Below are positions 1 to 15,268 of a stretch of DNA of 64,000 nucleotides, piece by piece (positions within the stretch are counted from its first letter, which is position 1; each line of letters opens with the position of its first letter). Source of the stretch: Eledone cirrhosa (lineage: Eukaryota); assembly GCA_964016885.1 (NCBI GenBank), contig OZ024741.1, positions 109,554,001 to 109,618,000 on the forward strand, given 5' to 3'. The notes beneath the pieces were generated by a model. That model was not told the DNA's origin and did no database searches. It was given only the letters and a program-made list of their open reading frames with translations. The translations under genes and the position numbers were made by a program.

Positions 1-1430
1 GTGTGTGTATGATTTTTATGCATTTCAACATTTCTCTACCGATTTTGATGATTTTGTTTCCAATGTTCTCCAAATTTACCAACGATGGTCAACGCGTAAT
101 AAACTTTGCCAAAAATTTCCTGCTTCTATGAAAAAAAATCGATAAAACTAAATACATGCTGTAACCCTCTCTCTTACACGCTTATTCACTCTCTCTACTA
201 CCCAACAGCGACAAAACTTCGTTCAGGAACGCGACATAAACTTTGAAAACTAAGCAACACATCATTTTATACAACAACAAACACAGTCATAACGCTCTCA
301 CCGTCGCTCTTCCCTCTCTCTATAATAGATCATTCCCTCTCTTTATAATTTAACTGCTTTACTCTCTTCATGCTTTGAGGTTTAACACACCGCTCAATAG
401 TTTCTTAACTTTACTCTCTCCGTCGCTCTTCCCTCTCTCTATAATAGATTATTCCCCCTCTCTATAATTAAACTGCTTTACTCTCTCTCTGTCGCTCTTC
501 ACTCTGTATATGATAACACTGATTTACACACCTCCTTATAGTTTCTTAGCTTTACTCTCTCCATCACTCTTCCTTCTCTCTATAATAGATTATTCCCCCT
601 CTCTACAATTTAACTGCTGGGGGGTCATTGGAGTTCCGTATTGACATACGGCTTTTCTGGGGTATTTTAAATCGGCTTATTGCAAATAATAACCCGCAAT
701 ATAACACTTCATATAACAGATTAATTCTATAGACATATGAATCGGAATGTTTCAATTATTTATTTTTTACGACTTTCATTGGTTAAATATTAATATGACA
801 ACACCCATAGTGTTGTACTTCTGGCAATTCTGCCGAATACACTGCCAAGGATGAACCTTTTCCCCTCGGCGTAAGATATCCCGTTCGATTTCCAGCGATC
901 CCAATTCCCGGTGAGACCATGTTTTGCCATGTCCATTAACAAGTTACAGGGCAAACATTGTCGGTGGCGGGCATCCATTTGGGGGAGCCATGCTTCTCCC
1001 ATGGCCAACTTTATGTTGCCTGTTCCCGCGTAGGGAGCAGGAATGGACTTTTTGCTTACACTCCTCAAGGGATGACACGCAATATCGTATACAAAGAGGT
1101 GCTATAGATGTTGGTGCAGGTGTTGGAGGTGTTGGAGCTCTGCCGTCTGGAAAACTATTTCCTGGTAGGGTCACCCATGGCGGACAGATCTGACACCCAG
1201 CGGCATCAGGACCACCATCTTGCAACTTTCGTCTGCTAAATTCGCTATTGGGAGATTATTAACCCATCATTGATTGTCCAAAATGCTAATTGGTTCGTAA
1301 CTTTTAATAACCGGTTCAACTGCTTTATGCACTTAATTGATAAGCTTATTCGCTTTCAAGCCATGTCTACCTGTATGTAACTTTTCATAGCAAATGAACA
1401 AACCCGAGCAACGCCGGGCTAAACTGCTAG
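1..1430 (+). mobile_element. Non-autonomous Helitron, 3' part; 5' end not seen
   Basis: Hairpin CCCG-agcaacgc-CGGG (1403-1418), then CTAG (1427-1430) followed by T: the canonical Helitron 3' terminus. Internal minisatellite at 290-617. The extent upstream of ~290 is inferred. Confidence 0.7.
290..617. repeat. Degenerate ~120-140 bp tandem repeat, about 3 units (cgtcgctcttccctctctctataatagattattcccc...)
   Basis: Unit recurs at ~302, ~421 and ~562. Confidence 0.8.
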
Positions 1431-1435
1431 TATAT

Positions 1436-1701
1436 CTAAGCTTTATCGGCTTTTGATTTCCTTTGGACAACAACGGTGGCTTGGAGAGGGGTGATTGTTG
1501 GTCTTCCACAAAGAGACTTTATCCGGTCTTGTTCTTCGTATGTGAACTTTCTAGGTACAAGACGCATAGTCATTCGTGATCGAAGTTGGCTTATATCCCC
1601 AAATAACGGTGCTGCATATTTAAATAATGTATTCCATGGGATGTTTCTTTTTTTAACAGGAATATTAAGGGTGTGTATTGCGTTGTACAGAGGAGGAGAA
1701 T
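1436..1701 (-). CDS. Candidate terminal coding exon of an unidentified host gene ((D)SPPLYNAIHTLNIPVKKRNIPWNTLFKYAAPLFGDISQLRSR...KADKA*)
   Basis: Stop-free, non-repetitive frame of 87 sense codons plus TAG (1699-1436). AG acceptor at 1703-1702. Phase matches the upstream candidate exon. No homology recognised. Confidence 0.35.
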
Positions 1702-1851
1702 CTTTTCATGTTGAAAGACCACATTAAGTTACTTGCAATATAATAAGGCCGCATTAAAAAAAAAACAGAATTATAATATATACTATTTTGTAAAATTTTA
1801 GTCATTAAATACTAATTACCTAAAAAAAAAAAGAAAAAAATTAATTCAAAC

Positions 1852-2014
1852 CTTTTAATGACTGCTTGTTGTAGGAAGGCATTTTGATATTTAGTTGCAG
1901 TATAATGGCTCGAATTTTTAACTGAACCTCGAGATGGGCAGCCACCATTTGTGATCTCAAAGACGTCTTGATTTTGGATAGGTAGGAGGATATAGATTCC
2001 CAGCAATAAGTGGT
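1852..2014 (-). CDS. Candidate internal exon (...SLRSQMVAAHLEVQLKIRAIILQLNIKMPSYNKQSLK/G)
   Basis: 54 open codons, then phase-1 donor AAAG|GTTTGA at 1852/1851. A 150-nt AT-rich intron joins it in frame to the 1701 exon. Acceptor uncertain. Confidence 0.3.
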
Positions 2015-2198
2015 TTAAATTGAAATAGGAGATAGAAAATAACACATTAATAAAAATTAAAAATTTGTTGGAAATGTTTTATTCATTCAAAAGCCCGCAG
2101 GTCCCCATTTGTGGTCTAGTGCAAAAGGCATACGGGCTGTCTAAAAGAATATTCCTCATATAGCCTTTCATCATCATGAAATACGGTAGGACTCTGAC

Positions 2199-2276
<78 letters not shown>

Positions 2277-2545
2277 CTGTTGCTGTCGACTATTCTTTGT
2301 AGATGTTTTTCTTCCATTCTATTTCAAACAAAATGTTGGGTGATGTATTCTTAAATTACAAGCAGATTTTAGCTAAGTGCCAAAGTTAGAGGAAAATCAA
2401 CCGGTTCCCTCTTTCAGAAGGCAGTCGGTTTAGCCACAAAACAAGGCAAAAATCTCCCCAAAATACGTTTTAAAGACAAGTAAATATACTTTAAATGTAG
2501 GAGCAAATTTTACACGAGGTCTTCCTTTTAGCGAGAAAATATTAA

Positions 2546-2960
2546 TGATTTCTACATTTGGCACAAGGCCGGCAATATTAAGGGAACGGAAAGTCGATTA
2601 AATCGGCCCCAGTGCGTTACCGGCTCTTTGTTTTAAGCATCCCGTAAGAATGGAAAGCAAAGCTAACATCGGTGAAATTTAAACTCAGAACTTAAAGAGC
2701 CGCAACTCTATGCTGTAAAGCATCTTAACCGACGCTCTACCGATATTGCCAATTCACCACCCTTAATAATGGTTTCTTATATAGGCACAAGGCCAGCAAT
2801 TTGGGGGGAGGGGAAAGTCGATTAAATCGACCCCAGTGCTTGACTGGTACTTTATTTTATCGACCCCGTAAGGATGAAAGGCAAAGTTCACCTCGGCGGG
2901 ATTTGAACTAAGACCGTAAAAGGGATGTAATTTTATGCTGCAAAGCATGGCGTCCGTTCA
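2546..2960 (-). mobile_element. Two tandem tRNA-derived SINE copies (2546-2762, 2766-2960)
   Basis: Reverse complement of the family body ...GAGTTCAAATCCCGCCGAGGT..CTTTGCCTTTCATCCTTACGGGGTCGATAAAATAAAGTACCAGT...GGCCTTGTGCC..AGAAACAATTATT, which recurs throughout the window. Confidence 0.85.
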
Positions 2961-3089
2961 TTATTAGTCTCACATTAAGAAAACATTAATGATGATACAG
3001 GCGGTACATGACTGCACAGAACGATACAGTATGGGATTTTGCGTGAAGAAATTTTAAACGAAGACGTTGAGAACAGTAAAGTTTTTTAA

Positions 3090-3950
3090 AAAATGTTAAA
3101 ATCTCAAAGTAGGAGGAAACATCCGAGGGTCACTCGTGGAGAAGGCCCACAAAAATTCATGGTCACCCTGACGGCTATGGAATGTGTCCTCTCCCAGTTT
3201 CCTCCTCCAATCTGCAGGTGTATACTCAGAGCAGGCTCATTCACTCGGACCATGCTCACCACTTTCAACAAACAGTGAAATAGAAAAAAGTGAAATAAAG
3301 TATACAACGCATGCATCTTTATCACAAAAAGTGAAAGATTAACCGCTCTATTGCAGTCAGACATGTACAAGGGCAGAGCATGACGGTCAGGCAATAGTAG
3401 ATAACGGATTCGATATGCGCATTCGCCAACTTTACTCGATATTTCAGGGATAGTTTCTTCTCGGCCTCTTTTTGAATGTTACCTCATCCCAAGTTTTGTT
3501 CATGTGGACATCTAAACCGAACAACATCCCGAGCAACTTAACCGGCCCATCTATCCAGCGCTCAAAATGCTGTTAGACAGCATGGACCTCATCTCCATGT
3601 GCCGAGTCGCAGGCCCAACGACTTTTAGTGGTTAATATTTGCTCTCGCCACCGCATTGTATGTCCTTAGAGCAGTGCCGATAAACTCGATGTGTTCTGCG
3701 ATATATGCTAACACGGATCTCTCATATCCTAGTTTATGTGGATCGCCCTTCAGCGTCTCTAACTTGTGTAGTAATAGATCAAGAGTCAGTACGTATAAGA
3801 AAAACGAGTGTGGGCAAACCTGACGGAGCAAGCGTATGATGCTGAACGATTCCGAAAGGCGTCCATTCATTCTGACCGCTGATCCATCCCGAGGACAGCC
3901 ACCAGGTAGCGAGGGTCGACTCTATAATACCGGTAGCTAATTTAGACACA
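3090..3950 (-). pseudogene. Degenerate Tx1/L1-type LINE fragment, same family as 62000-64000
   Basis: Translations RLSESFSIIRLLRQVCPHSFFLYVLTLD, IDGPVKLLGMLFG..NKTWDE and KVVSMVRVNEPALSIHL align to the intact ORF (GHLSEPFQISRSVRQGCPLSSLLYVLTLE; WTDGPVKLLGVWFG; NVARMARVSGPTLIMRL). Confidence 0.8.
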
Positions 3951-4740
3951 CACCCTTTCATTTGGAGGAAGAGAAATGCCGATTGAATCTACACCCAGTA
4001 CTTGACTTTTTCAATCACAGTTGTGGGAAAAGCAAAGCTTCCCTCTGCGGGATTTGAAATCAGAAATTAAAGAGACTTAAATAAATATCTACCCTCCACC
4101 AACTAAAACAAAATCACCTATATGCTATACCTTCTACCACCCAACAAGCAACACATGACCATAATTCAAACAACGCTATCATTTACGAAGGAACCTATGT
4201 TGTCCATTATTCTACTAGTATCATCTACCAATAACACATGTAGTCCAACACATTACCGACATTACCATCCTTGTCAAATACACTACGAATGCATGTCCAA
4301 TGTACTACCAGGATCTTCTACCAATTGCCAAGAAACCTATGTTGTCCAATGTACTACCAACACACTGCTCTACCAACACATTGATCTATCAACACACTGA
4401 TCTACCAACACATTGATCTACCAACACATTGATCTATCAAAACACTGATCTACCAACCAACACAAGTCCAGTACCATACCATCAATTACTACCATCAGAC
4501 AACTCCACATATGCTGCTGTAATCAACCAATATATTCTAACATACAATATGAATGACGTTGCCCAATACTTCACCATTGGAGCTTTTCAAATGATTTTGT
4601 TTTGCGGCACACCTCATTGTATATCACATCATCTTTCGAGAACACATTCCTATCTTGTCTATAGTTAAACCCATATATAAATAAAAATGCATATATTTAT
4701 GGTAATAAGAATATTTATATTTATATATGTTAGATATAAC

Positions 4741-4962
4741 TATAAATATGTAGGGTAGTACTAAGTACTAGCCGGTTACCGGTATGACAAAAGGCTCAAT
4801 GCAAATTTTCAAGTGGTTTACAGAGCCGAGATACAAAGTGTTAAAACGATCAAATTTTATTTAAGAACATTTATTTGCTGACAATTGTTTCTCCAGAGGG
4901 AAGTCTGGAAGAAACAATTGTCAGCAAATAAATGTTCTTAAATAAAATTTGATCGTTTTAAC

Positions 4963-4967
<5 letters not shown>
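4741..4967. mobile_element. Mini fold-back of a Penelope-like 3' end
   Basis: Near-perfect ~58-bp arms (4835-4892 / ~4910-4967) containing GAAACAATTGTC (hammerhead 3' half). The left arm is extended by ~95 nt; the right arm abuts (TA)n. Confidence 0.6.
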
Positions 4968-7160
<2,193 letters not shown>

Positions 7161-7399
7161 TATGTACACGTAAATGTGTTTCATTTTTAATGATTTGAAC
7201 TCTTCCTCTAAAGGGGAAGCTGTTTTCCAACAAAAGGCAATTCTTCGTCGTTGGAATTTGGATAACAAAAGTAGTGATTATCATACGTGTAAAGTTACAA
7301 AATAGTTTTGTATATTTTTACTATTCCATTCACAGATCTCATGTATAAGCTAAACGGTAATTAATTTCTTTGTAAGAAAATCCCAGCTGTTACAGATTG

Positions 7400-7970
7400 T
7401 CGTTTGGTCATTTACTACCAAAGCCAAGCCTTTTGGGCATTTACTAACCAGCTAAGGTCATTTGGTCATTTACTACCATAGCCAAGCTTTTTGACCATTT
7501 AATAGCATAGCCAAACCATTTGGACATTTACTAGCATAGCCAAGGTCAATTGGTCATGTACTACCATAACCAAGGTCATTTTGTCATTTACTAACATAGT
7601 CTAGGTCAATTGGTCATTTATTTCCTTTGTCAAGATCATCTGGTCATCTACTACATAGTCAATATCATTTGGTAACGTAGTGAAGGTCATCTGATCATTT
7701 ACTAACACAGCCAAGATCATTTGGTCATTGTCTACCTCTGCCAAAGTCATTTAGTCATTTACTATCATGACCAAGGTCATGTAATCATTTATTGACATGA
7801 CCAAGATCATGTGATCATTTACTACCATAACCAAATACATTTAGGCATTTACTAACATAGCTGATGTACTTTGAGCCTCGAGTATCTAAGCTAGGTCGTT
7901 TGGCCATTTACCAGCTTAATTCAGACATTTGGCCATGTACTAGGCCAGCCAGAGTATTTAGGTATTTACT
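7400..7970. repeat. Degenerate ~30-bp minisatellite (ttggtcatttactaccatagccaaggtcat), about 18 units
   Basis: Head-to-tail units with no unique spacers. Confidence 0.85.
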
Positions 7971-8248
7971 CTCATCAAAAAGTGCCCAAATACTGATCTA
8001 TATGAATGAAGATTTATGACCCGTTTAGAGAAACTAAAGGTTTCGGAGCAATTGTCCGTAATTATTCTCTTTCTGGTTGATTCTTAAAAAACTGGTCTCA
8101 TCACCAGGGCAGTCAACCATAACTGATCATAATACTTCCTTTCTATCCAGATCTCTTCTAATTGATCTTGAAGGAAGTTATGACAGGAATGTTCCAATAA
8201 TATTCCTTGTAAATGTCGATACAGCTCGGCGCTGCGGTCGGGAATACA

Positions 8249-8362
<114 letters not shown>

Positions 8363-8739
8363 AGAGAGAAGGAGAGAGAGAAAGGGACAGAGAGAGAGAA
8401 AGTCACCTACACACGCACGGGTATAGACACACTCACACACACTCATCCGACACTCACGTGATAATATACACATACATACACACCAGTATGCACACACCAA
8501 CGTGTTCACAGACACAGACGGAAGAAACTCACATCTACCAATTTTATCCCTTGACACACTTACACACAACCACACTCCTGACACCTCTCTACACTCCAAT
8601 TTGGACCCCACCCCCAAGGCCGAACCTTTCGCCTACCACTCCCTATCTATCAATTTCCTTCCAACATCCTTTTCCTAACTTCCTTTCCTAACATTTACAC
8701 ACTACTTTCATACATGTACCTATTCCCTCCATAGCCGAA

Positions 8740-8777
8740 GTTTCCTGATGAAGGACCTCTGTCCGAAACGTCGAAAC
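8740..8777 (+). ncRNA. Minimal type I hammerhead ribozyme in a Penelope-like 3' end (~8520-8860)
   Basis: GTTTC-CTGATGA-A-GGAC(ctct)GTCC-GAAA-CG-TC-GAAAC: intact core, stem I GTTTC/GAAAC, palindromic ACGT stem III, GUC cleavage triplet. Confidence 0.85.
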
Positions 8778-8984
8778 CTCCTCCATTTCCTCCAAGCGTG
8801 AACCCAATATAACTATTTTTGCATTCCTCTGTTTGTTTTGTTTCCTTTATTAACTACTATACGATCCGTGACCCGTTGGCTCACGTTTACTTAAAAATAA
8901 TTTTTAAATAATTAAAATATACACAGACATGTATATAATGTAAAATAAAATTGGAAGGCTATATATATATGTATAAATACATAT

Positions 8985-9435
8985 ATATCTATCTATCTAA
9001 GGCGGGTAAAATTCCCGAGATCCATGGACGAGTTCTATCCAGCGGTCTCTGTCCCTCATTATCGCTGCCATGTCCTGCATCTCCAACAGACCAGTGTCTG
9101 TCCTTAGGGCATCAACATACGTTAACCTTGGTCTTCCTCTTCTAGTGTGTCAATGTAGGGGCTCCCACAGGAGCACTGAGTGCAATGTCAACTCTGGATG
9201 TCGGTGAGCATGTCCAGCCAACCTCAGTCTCCTCTGTATCACTTTTGAGCTGACTCTTGGATGCTCCCATACAGCTCTGAGTTTTTTATCCTCAGTGTAT
9301 ACTGATTAATGTTCAGAGCCATCCTCAGCATTCTCGTGTAGCACCCATCCACCATCTGAGTGAGTTTCTTGGTCAGTGTCCAAGTCTCAGACCCATACAG
9401 CAGTACAGACTCCACTACAGCAATGAAGAGACCTG
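8985..9435 (-). mobile_element. RTE-clade LINE, 5'-truncated 3' fragment with short (TAGA)n tail
   Basis: Minus translation LFIAVVESVLLYGSETWTLTKK..DGCYTRMLRMALN...RRLRLAGH..RGRPRLTYVD is typical of the RTE C-terminus. Confidence 0.85.
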
Positions 9436-9438
9436 AAA

Positions 9439-9480
<42 letters not shown>

Positions 9481-9561
9481 CCTTCCAATTTTATTTTACA
9501 TTATATACATGTCTGTGTATATTTTAATTATTTAAACATTATTTTTAGTAAACATGACCCA

Positions 9562-9858
9562 TATATATAGTCTAACAAAGTTCTACGCCATTTTTGTAGA
9601 CATATAATACAACAGGAGGAAACATAATAGTACCACTGATGATGTTGCAGATGTGCAACGAAAGAACTTTGTTAGACTATATATATGTATTTATATCTGT
9701 ATTTTTGACTGTTGGTCAATCAATGATAAACATTGATGGCCGAATGAATTAACTATGGAGATATAAAAGATACAGAAGCGAAAACCAACCAAACAGTAAG
9801 TGTGTTCCGTTATTATTTCTGGCAATATTATTACAACAATATGACCCTCCCCAAGTAT

Positions 9859-9864
<6 letters not shown>
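9562..9864 (+). mobile_element. Short Penelope-like end related to family A, with hammerhead at ~9633-9672
   Basis: CTGATGA-TGTTGCA(gatg)TGCAAC-GAAA-GAAC-TT. Ends ATGACCCTCCCCAAGTATAACAA(TA)n like family A. Short inverted arm at ~9562-9584. Confidence 0.7.
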
Positions 9865-9917
<53 letters not shown>

Positions 9918-10268
9918 TGTGTGTGTGGAGGGGGGTTGCGCGTGTATAAGCACGTCTTTGTGTGTTCGCGTGAAGTTAGATAGAGAGACAGATAGATAGA
10001 TTGGCACATAGATAGATAGATGGATAGATAGGGCAAAAGTGTCGGGGACATAGTATATCTGCAAATATGAAAACTGACAGTCATTGCACCGACAAGCAAT
10101 TTTCTATTCTATAATTCTAAACAGATGCAGAGAAATATTTCAATTTCACTGGAAGCTAAGAAGCAAATAATTTTATACAGATGCATATCTATACATACCC
10201 ACGAACACACGCACACACACACGCACGCACATAAAGCTCAAATTACACTTTTAATTATCCAGATATAC

Positions 10269-10379
<111 letters not shown>

Positions 10380-10439
10380 TATTAGTACATATTGCCTTGA
10401 AGTCCCTATATGAATGCCCTAGTATTTGTGTTAAGATAA

Positions 10440-10680
10440 ATGGTGCTAAGTCGAAAACTTTCCCTCATTGAGTTGAGTGTCAAACTCCGCAAGGGGGCGT
10501 ATTGTCACCTCTTTTATTCATAATTTTACGAACAGGATTAACATGCGCAACCGGGCTGGTGGTGATATCAAAACCGGTGGGTCTATGATCAATCGGCTAA
10601 AATTTGTAGACAACATGATGCTATTTAACTGGCCGATATCGATTAGAAAGAAGAAAATTGCAGGTAATGAGTAGTTTGGA
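10440..10680 (+). pseudogene. Highly decayed non-LTR RT fragment, probably RTE
   Basis: Remnants resembling LRQG-LSP-LF and LKFVDNMML. Confidence 0.4.
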
Positions 10681-11309
10681 AATGGCCGTGATACATAAAT
10701 GTCGGGCACCGTGTAGGGACATCTGGAAAGTACACAATCGGCATATATGCAAAAGTCAGTATATAGGCAGTGAATTAGAAATGTCTGACAGAATGATGTA
10801 CGGTATTTGTTCTAGCTCTCTGCACTCTTTGCTTTTCATCCTTTCTGGCTGTCTTCGTGAGAAACAATGAAAGAGAATAGTTGATTTCTTTAGGGTTCTT
10901 AGTTCTATACGACATAGAATAACAGGGATATTATCCCTACCATAAACATGTAGCTATTAATAAGTAAGAAGTAACTATCAGGTTCTATCAAATACGTACA
11001 AACACACAGGTATCTGTAGATTTACACACACACACACACACACACACAGACACACACACACACACAGACACACACACACACACAGTCCAATATTAGAATC
11101 AATTCGTCGCTATATTCTTTCTTATATTATTTCACTCATCACCTTCACTCTCTCTCTATCTCTCTCTCACACACACATACAATCCCTCTTTCTCCCCCCT
11201 TTCCCCCCTCTCTCTCTCTCGCTCTCTCTGTCTATCTATCTATCTATCTATTTACCCCACTATCTCTATCTTGCTCTCTTTCTCACTCCTTATCTTTATA
11301 TATTCAAAG

Positions 11310-11440
11310 TTTACTTGTTGGTTGACCGGGATGGAACAACGTAAAATAAAGTTCCTTGCTAAAAGACATTGCAACATTGGGTTCGAACACAAGACCTTTA
11401 AAACGTGAGTCGAGCACCCTAACCACTGAGCCACGCGCCT
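11310..11440 (-). mobile_element. Second tRNA-derived SINE family (related pieces at ~32765-32830 and ~55645-55740)
   Basis: A box TGGCTCAGTGG and B box GTTCGAACCC, then a gtc.ttgagcaag..actttatttcacgttg-like body. Confidence 0.65.
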
Positions 11441-11696
11441 ACATATAAACGAACATTCATACATACAGAGATACATACATACTTACATACATATATACAT
11501 ATGTACACACATACATATATACATACGTACACACATATATACATATGTACATGTAGACATACATACATGTATACATACATACACACAGACACATATTCAT
11601 ACATACATACATACATACATACATACATACATACATACATACATACATACGTACACACACACATGCAGAAATACATATGTACACACATACATACAT

Positions 11697-12018
11697 AAAT
11701 GTAAGAAAAATACAAGAAGAGGGCATCTACAGACCACTGTTGAGGAGATCCAGTATCCAAGATACATGTTCAGCTTCATACCATTCATTATTGGAGCTAC
11801 AGGTTATATACCAACCTGCTAGGACCAAAGTATAACTGAACTTGGATTTGTGGACAAAGAGCGCAGCTCCCTAATTCAATGGCCGCTATATATCTGGCAC
11901 CTTCAAAATTGCAAAACATTCTTACGATTCAAGGGATGACAATTTCTTTTCTTTTACAGCCTTGCCACCAGGAAGGTGGCCGGTCAAAAATGTACTCACT
12001 ATTAAAAGAAAGAGAGAC
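11697..12018 (+). mobile_element. 3' fragment of an R4/Dong-like element in (CATA)n
   Basis: Translation YPRYMFSFIPFIIGATGY..C parallels HPDYTFRFMPVIIGALGY of the neighbouring element. Flanked by (CATA)n on both sides. Confidence 0.7.
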
Positions 12019-12089
12019 ATACATACATACATACATACATACATACATACATACATACATACATACATACATACATACATACATACATA

Positions 12090-14645
12090 AGAACCCACCA
12101 GGAAGAGATATGATTGTCGGCTACTGGTACAAAAAACTGATATTCTATCGGAGGTATCTTACTGACCTTTACCAACAAGTTCTTAAGGGAGATACACTTA
12201 TACCAGAATGGTTGACATTAGCACAAACATTACTGGTCCCCAAGAACAAAGACACCCACTTGGCTAAAAACCACATCAAATTTTTACATTTCTAACAAAC
12301 AGCAGCTGTTCCAACTTCCCTCACTCTAGGAGACAGTGGCCTTAGTTATATGAGGCATGTGTACTTCCGACCCATTGCATGCCAGAACCTGATGTATAAG
12401 ATGTATACAGCCTACCTGAACCTATTCCTCCAAGATCACTGTGAAAATAATAACATCATCGCAGATGAACAAGCAGTTGGAAAGAAAGGGGTTTGGAGAT
12501 GTGCTGAACAACTCCTAATCAACAAAACTGCGATGTCGGAGGTGCGACAACTTAGGAGGAATATGGCTACAGTCTGGCTGGACTACAAGAAAGCTTTCGA
12601 TTCTGTTCCCCACTCTTGGATGATAAAAGCCTTCCAACTTGCTAAAGTCCCAGACATTATTGTCAGAGCCATAGAGAGGCTGTCTTCTTCTTGGGCTACT
12701 ATCCTAAGGTTAAAGACAGAGAGGGAGGACTCTATTTTCACTGATAAAATAAAATATCGCAGGGGTATATTTCAGGGGGACAGTCTCTCTGTGATATTAT
12801 TCATCTTGTCATTAAACCCCTTGTCCTTTGTGCTCAAGAAATGTGAGGGATACATCATTGGCTCACGGGAGGACAGAAATACGAACCTAATCCATAACTT
12901 ATTAGTGGACGATCTGAAACTCTATGCCAAGAACATGGATGGGATGAAGAAAAATCTTGACCTGGTTACAACGTTCTCAAAGGATATAAGAATGGAGTTT
13001 GGCTAAGATAAATGCTCATACATGACTGTAAAGCGGGGGAAAACAACAACCCAATCTAGCAACATTGTCATCAATAATCTAACTGTTTCACCGATATCTG
13101 ATGAAGACTGCTACAGATACCTGGGGATAGATGAGAACATATCTTATAATGGTATCTGTAATAAAGAATGCGTAACCAGGGAATATTATACCCGTTTAAG
13201 AAAGATTTGGTAATCGGAACTCTCTGTGCAAAACAAAACAGTGGCTCACAATGTGTTTGCTGTGCCTGTCCTAACACCAACGTTGGGAATACTCAATTGG
13301 ACGATAGACGAACCCCGAGCAGTTGATGTTGGAACTCGAAAAATACTAAACAACACTGGAAACTTCCACATCAACAGTGAGATAGACCGCCTTTACTTGA
13401 AACGTAAGCAGGGAGGCAGGGGCCTAACATCAGTCCAGACAGCATTTGAATGTCGCATCATATCCCTCCGACAACATATACGAACCTCGAAGCATAGGAG
13501 CCCGTCTCTTGAGCAAGTCTCTCTGCATGAAACAGATGAGATCATGAGAGTTGGGAAGGAACTCCTCGAGAGATATTCCCTGTGTGATAATCAAAAACTC
13601 ACACCCAGGGAAGTCGCTCAGCAGTATCGCAGTGAATCCATGGATGAAAAACTGCATGCAGGTCAGCAAAAAATCATGCATGGATATGTGGCCAGGAAGC
13701 TCTAGAGTGAGAGTAGTGTAGATAAGGAAAGTAGTCTATCTTGGACCAACAACCACTATATTGGCTCCCACTTTGAAGGATACGCTTTTGCAATCCAAGA
13801 ACAGGATATTAACACGAAATACTTGATTCACAAAAGAGATAGGGATGCAGGCAAAACACCTAGATGTGATAACAAGTGCAGACTCTGCAGAACTAACATC
13901 GACGATATCACCCATGTCATCAGCAGCTGTCCAAATATGTCATCGCGGTACTATCTACCTATGAGGCATGATGTAGTGGCCAAAACACTGTACAATACAG
14001 TTCGTCAAAACGATAGCCCCGATAAAAGCTACAGCAATGTGGAAGACATCCACGTACATAATATGAAAGAATACTGGTGGAAAGTTCCAGTAAAAACCCC
14101 CAATAAAATGCAGGGAGAAGAAAGCATGCACAGTAGTGGAAATTAGCTGCCCAGCAGATGCCAATGTAATATCAAAGATTAGTGAACAGGAGAATATTTA
14201 TGCAGAACTGATGAGAAATATGCAGATACTCCACCCTGATTACACCTTCAGATTTATGCCTGTGATTATTGGGGCACTGGGATATGTTAGTAACTGCCTC
14301 AATACAAATCTTGAGAAGCTAGGCTTCACAGGAACAGAAAGAACACAACTAGTAAGGAAATTACAAGTACAATCCATTAATGGCACAGTAAAAATATGTA
14401 AAACATTCCAAAAATGTTGCATCTAATAACTGCATATACACATGTACAGATGCAAAGCATATACACATGCACACATACAACTCAAAACATCCACACATAC
14501 AATAACATCAATATCTACACATGGATACATACATAATCTACCTAGTTGATGTTGTGTAAATTCCAATGAGAGAGTTTTGTGTCTATGTTAGAAACCGACT
14601 CTCCCTCTATTGGTAAAACTTTGTGAAATTATAAAACCAGAAGAA
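12090..14645 (+). mobile_element. R4/Dong-clade non-LTR retrotransposon (RT, CCHC knuckle, RLE endonuclease); 5'-truncated, several stops
   Basis: PG.D.I.GYWYK, RPIAC, WLDYKKAFDSVPH, GIFQGDSLS, LLVDDLKLY, YRYLG, GGRGL, CRLC..HVISSC..RHD, VEISCP. The 3' end CCAGAAGAA joins (CATA)n, and the 5' end also lies in (CATA)n. Confidence 0.9.
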
Positions 14646-14966
14646 CATACACACATGCATACATACATACATACATACATACATACATACATACATACAT
14701 ACATACATACATACATACATACATACATACATAATCAAGCCGTGCGGTATGATTGCACGTGCATTTTCAGACAGAGAGCTATGTTTTGATAAATCGACTG
14801 TATAGATTAAAGGTACTGCAACAAAGTCGAATGAGTCCGGCGGAGACAACGTTTTTTATTTTTTTACATTTAATCATTTTCAGTTAAAGCACACCGTTCA
14901 AAGCCTGCTGCGTTGATTACGACACCACACAGGTCTCCTCTCCCTTCTACACTCTCACTCTCACTC

Positions 14967-15089
<123 letters not shown>

Positions 15090-15143
15090 ATCTCTGTGAT
15101 TCTATCACTTTCTCTCACTCACTTCCTTCTCTCTCTCTCACTT

Positions 15144-15196
<53 letters not shown>

Positions 15197-15222
15197 ATTC
15201 TATCACTTTCTCTCACTCACTT

Positions 15223-15268
<46 letters not shown>

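Noticed and set aside
7400-7970. ~30-bp periodic repeats resembling a CRISPR array
   Set aside because: Units are contiguous and degenerate with no unique spacers, no cas genes are present, and the context is eukaryotic.
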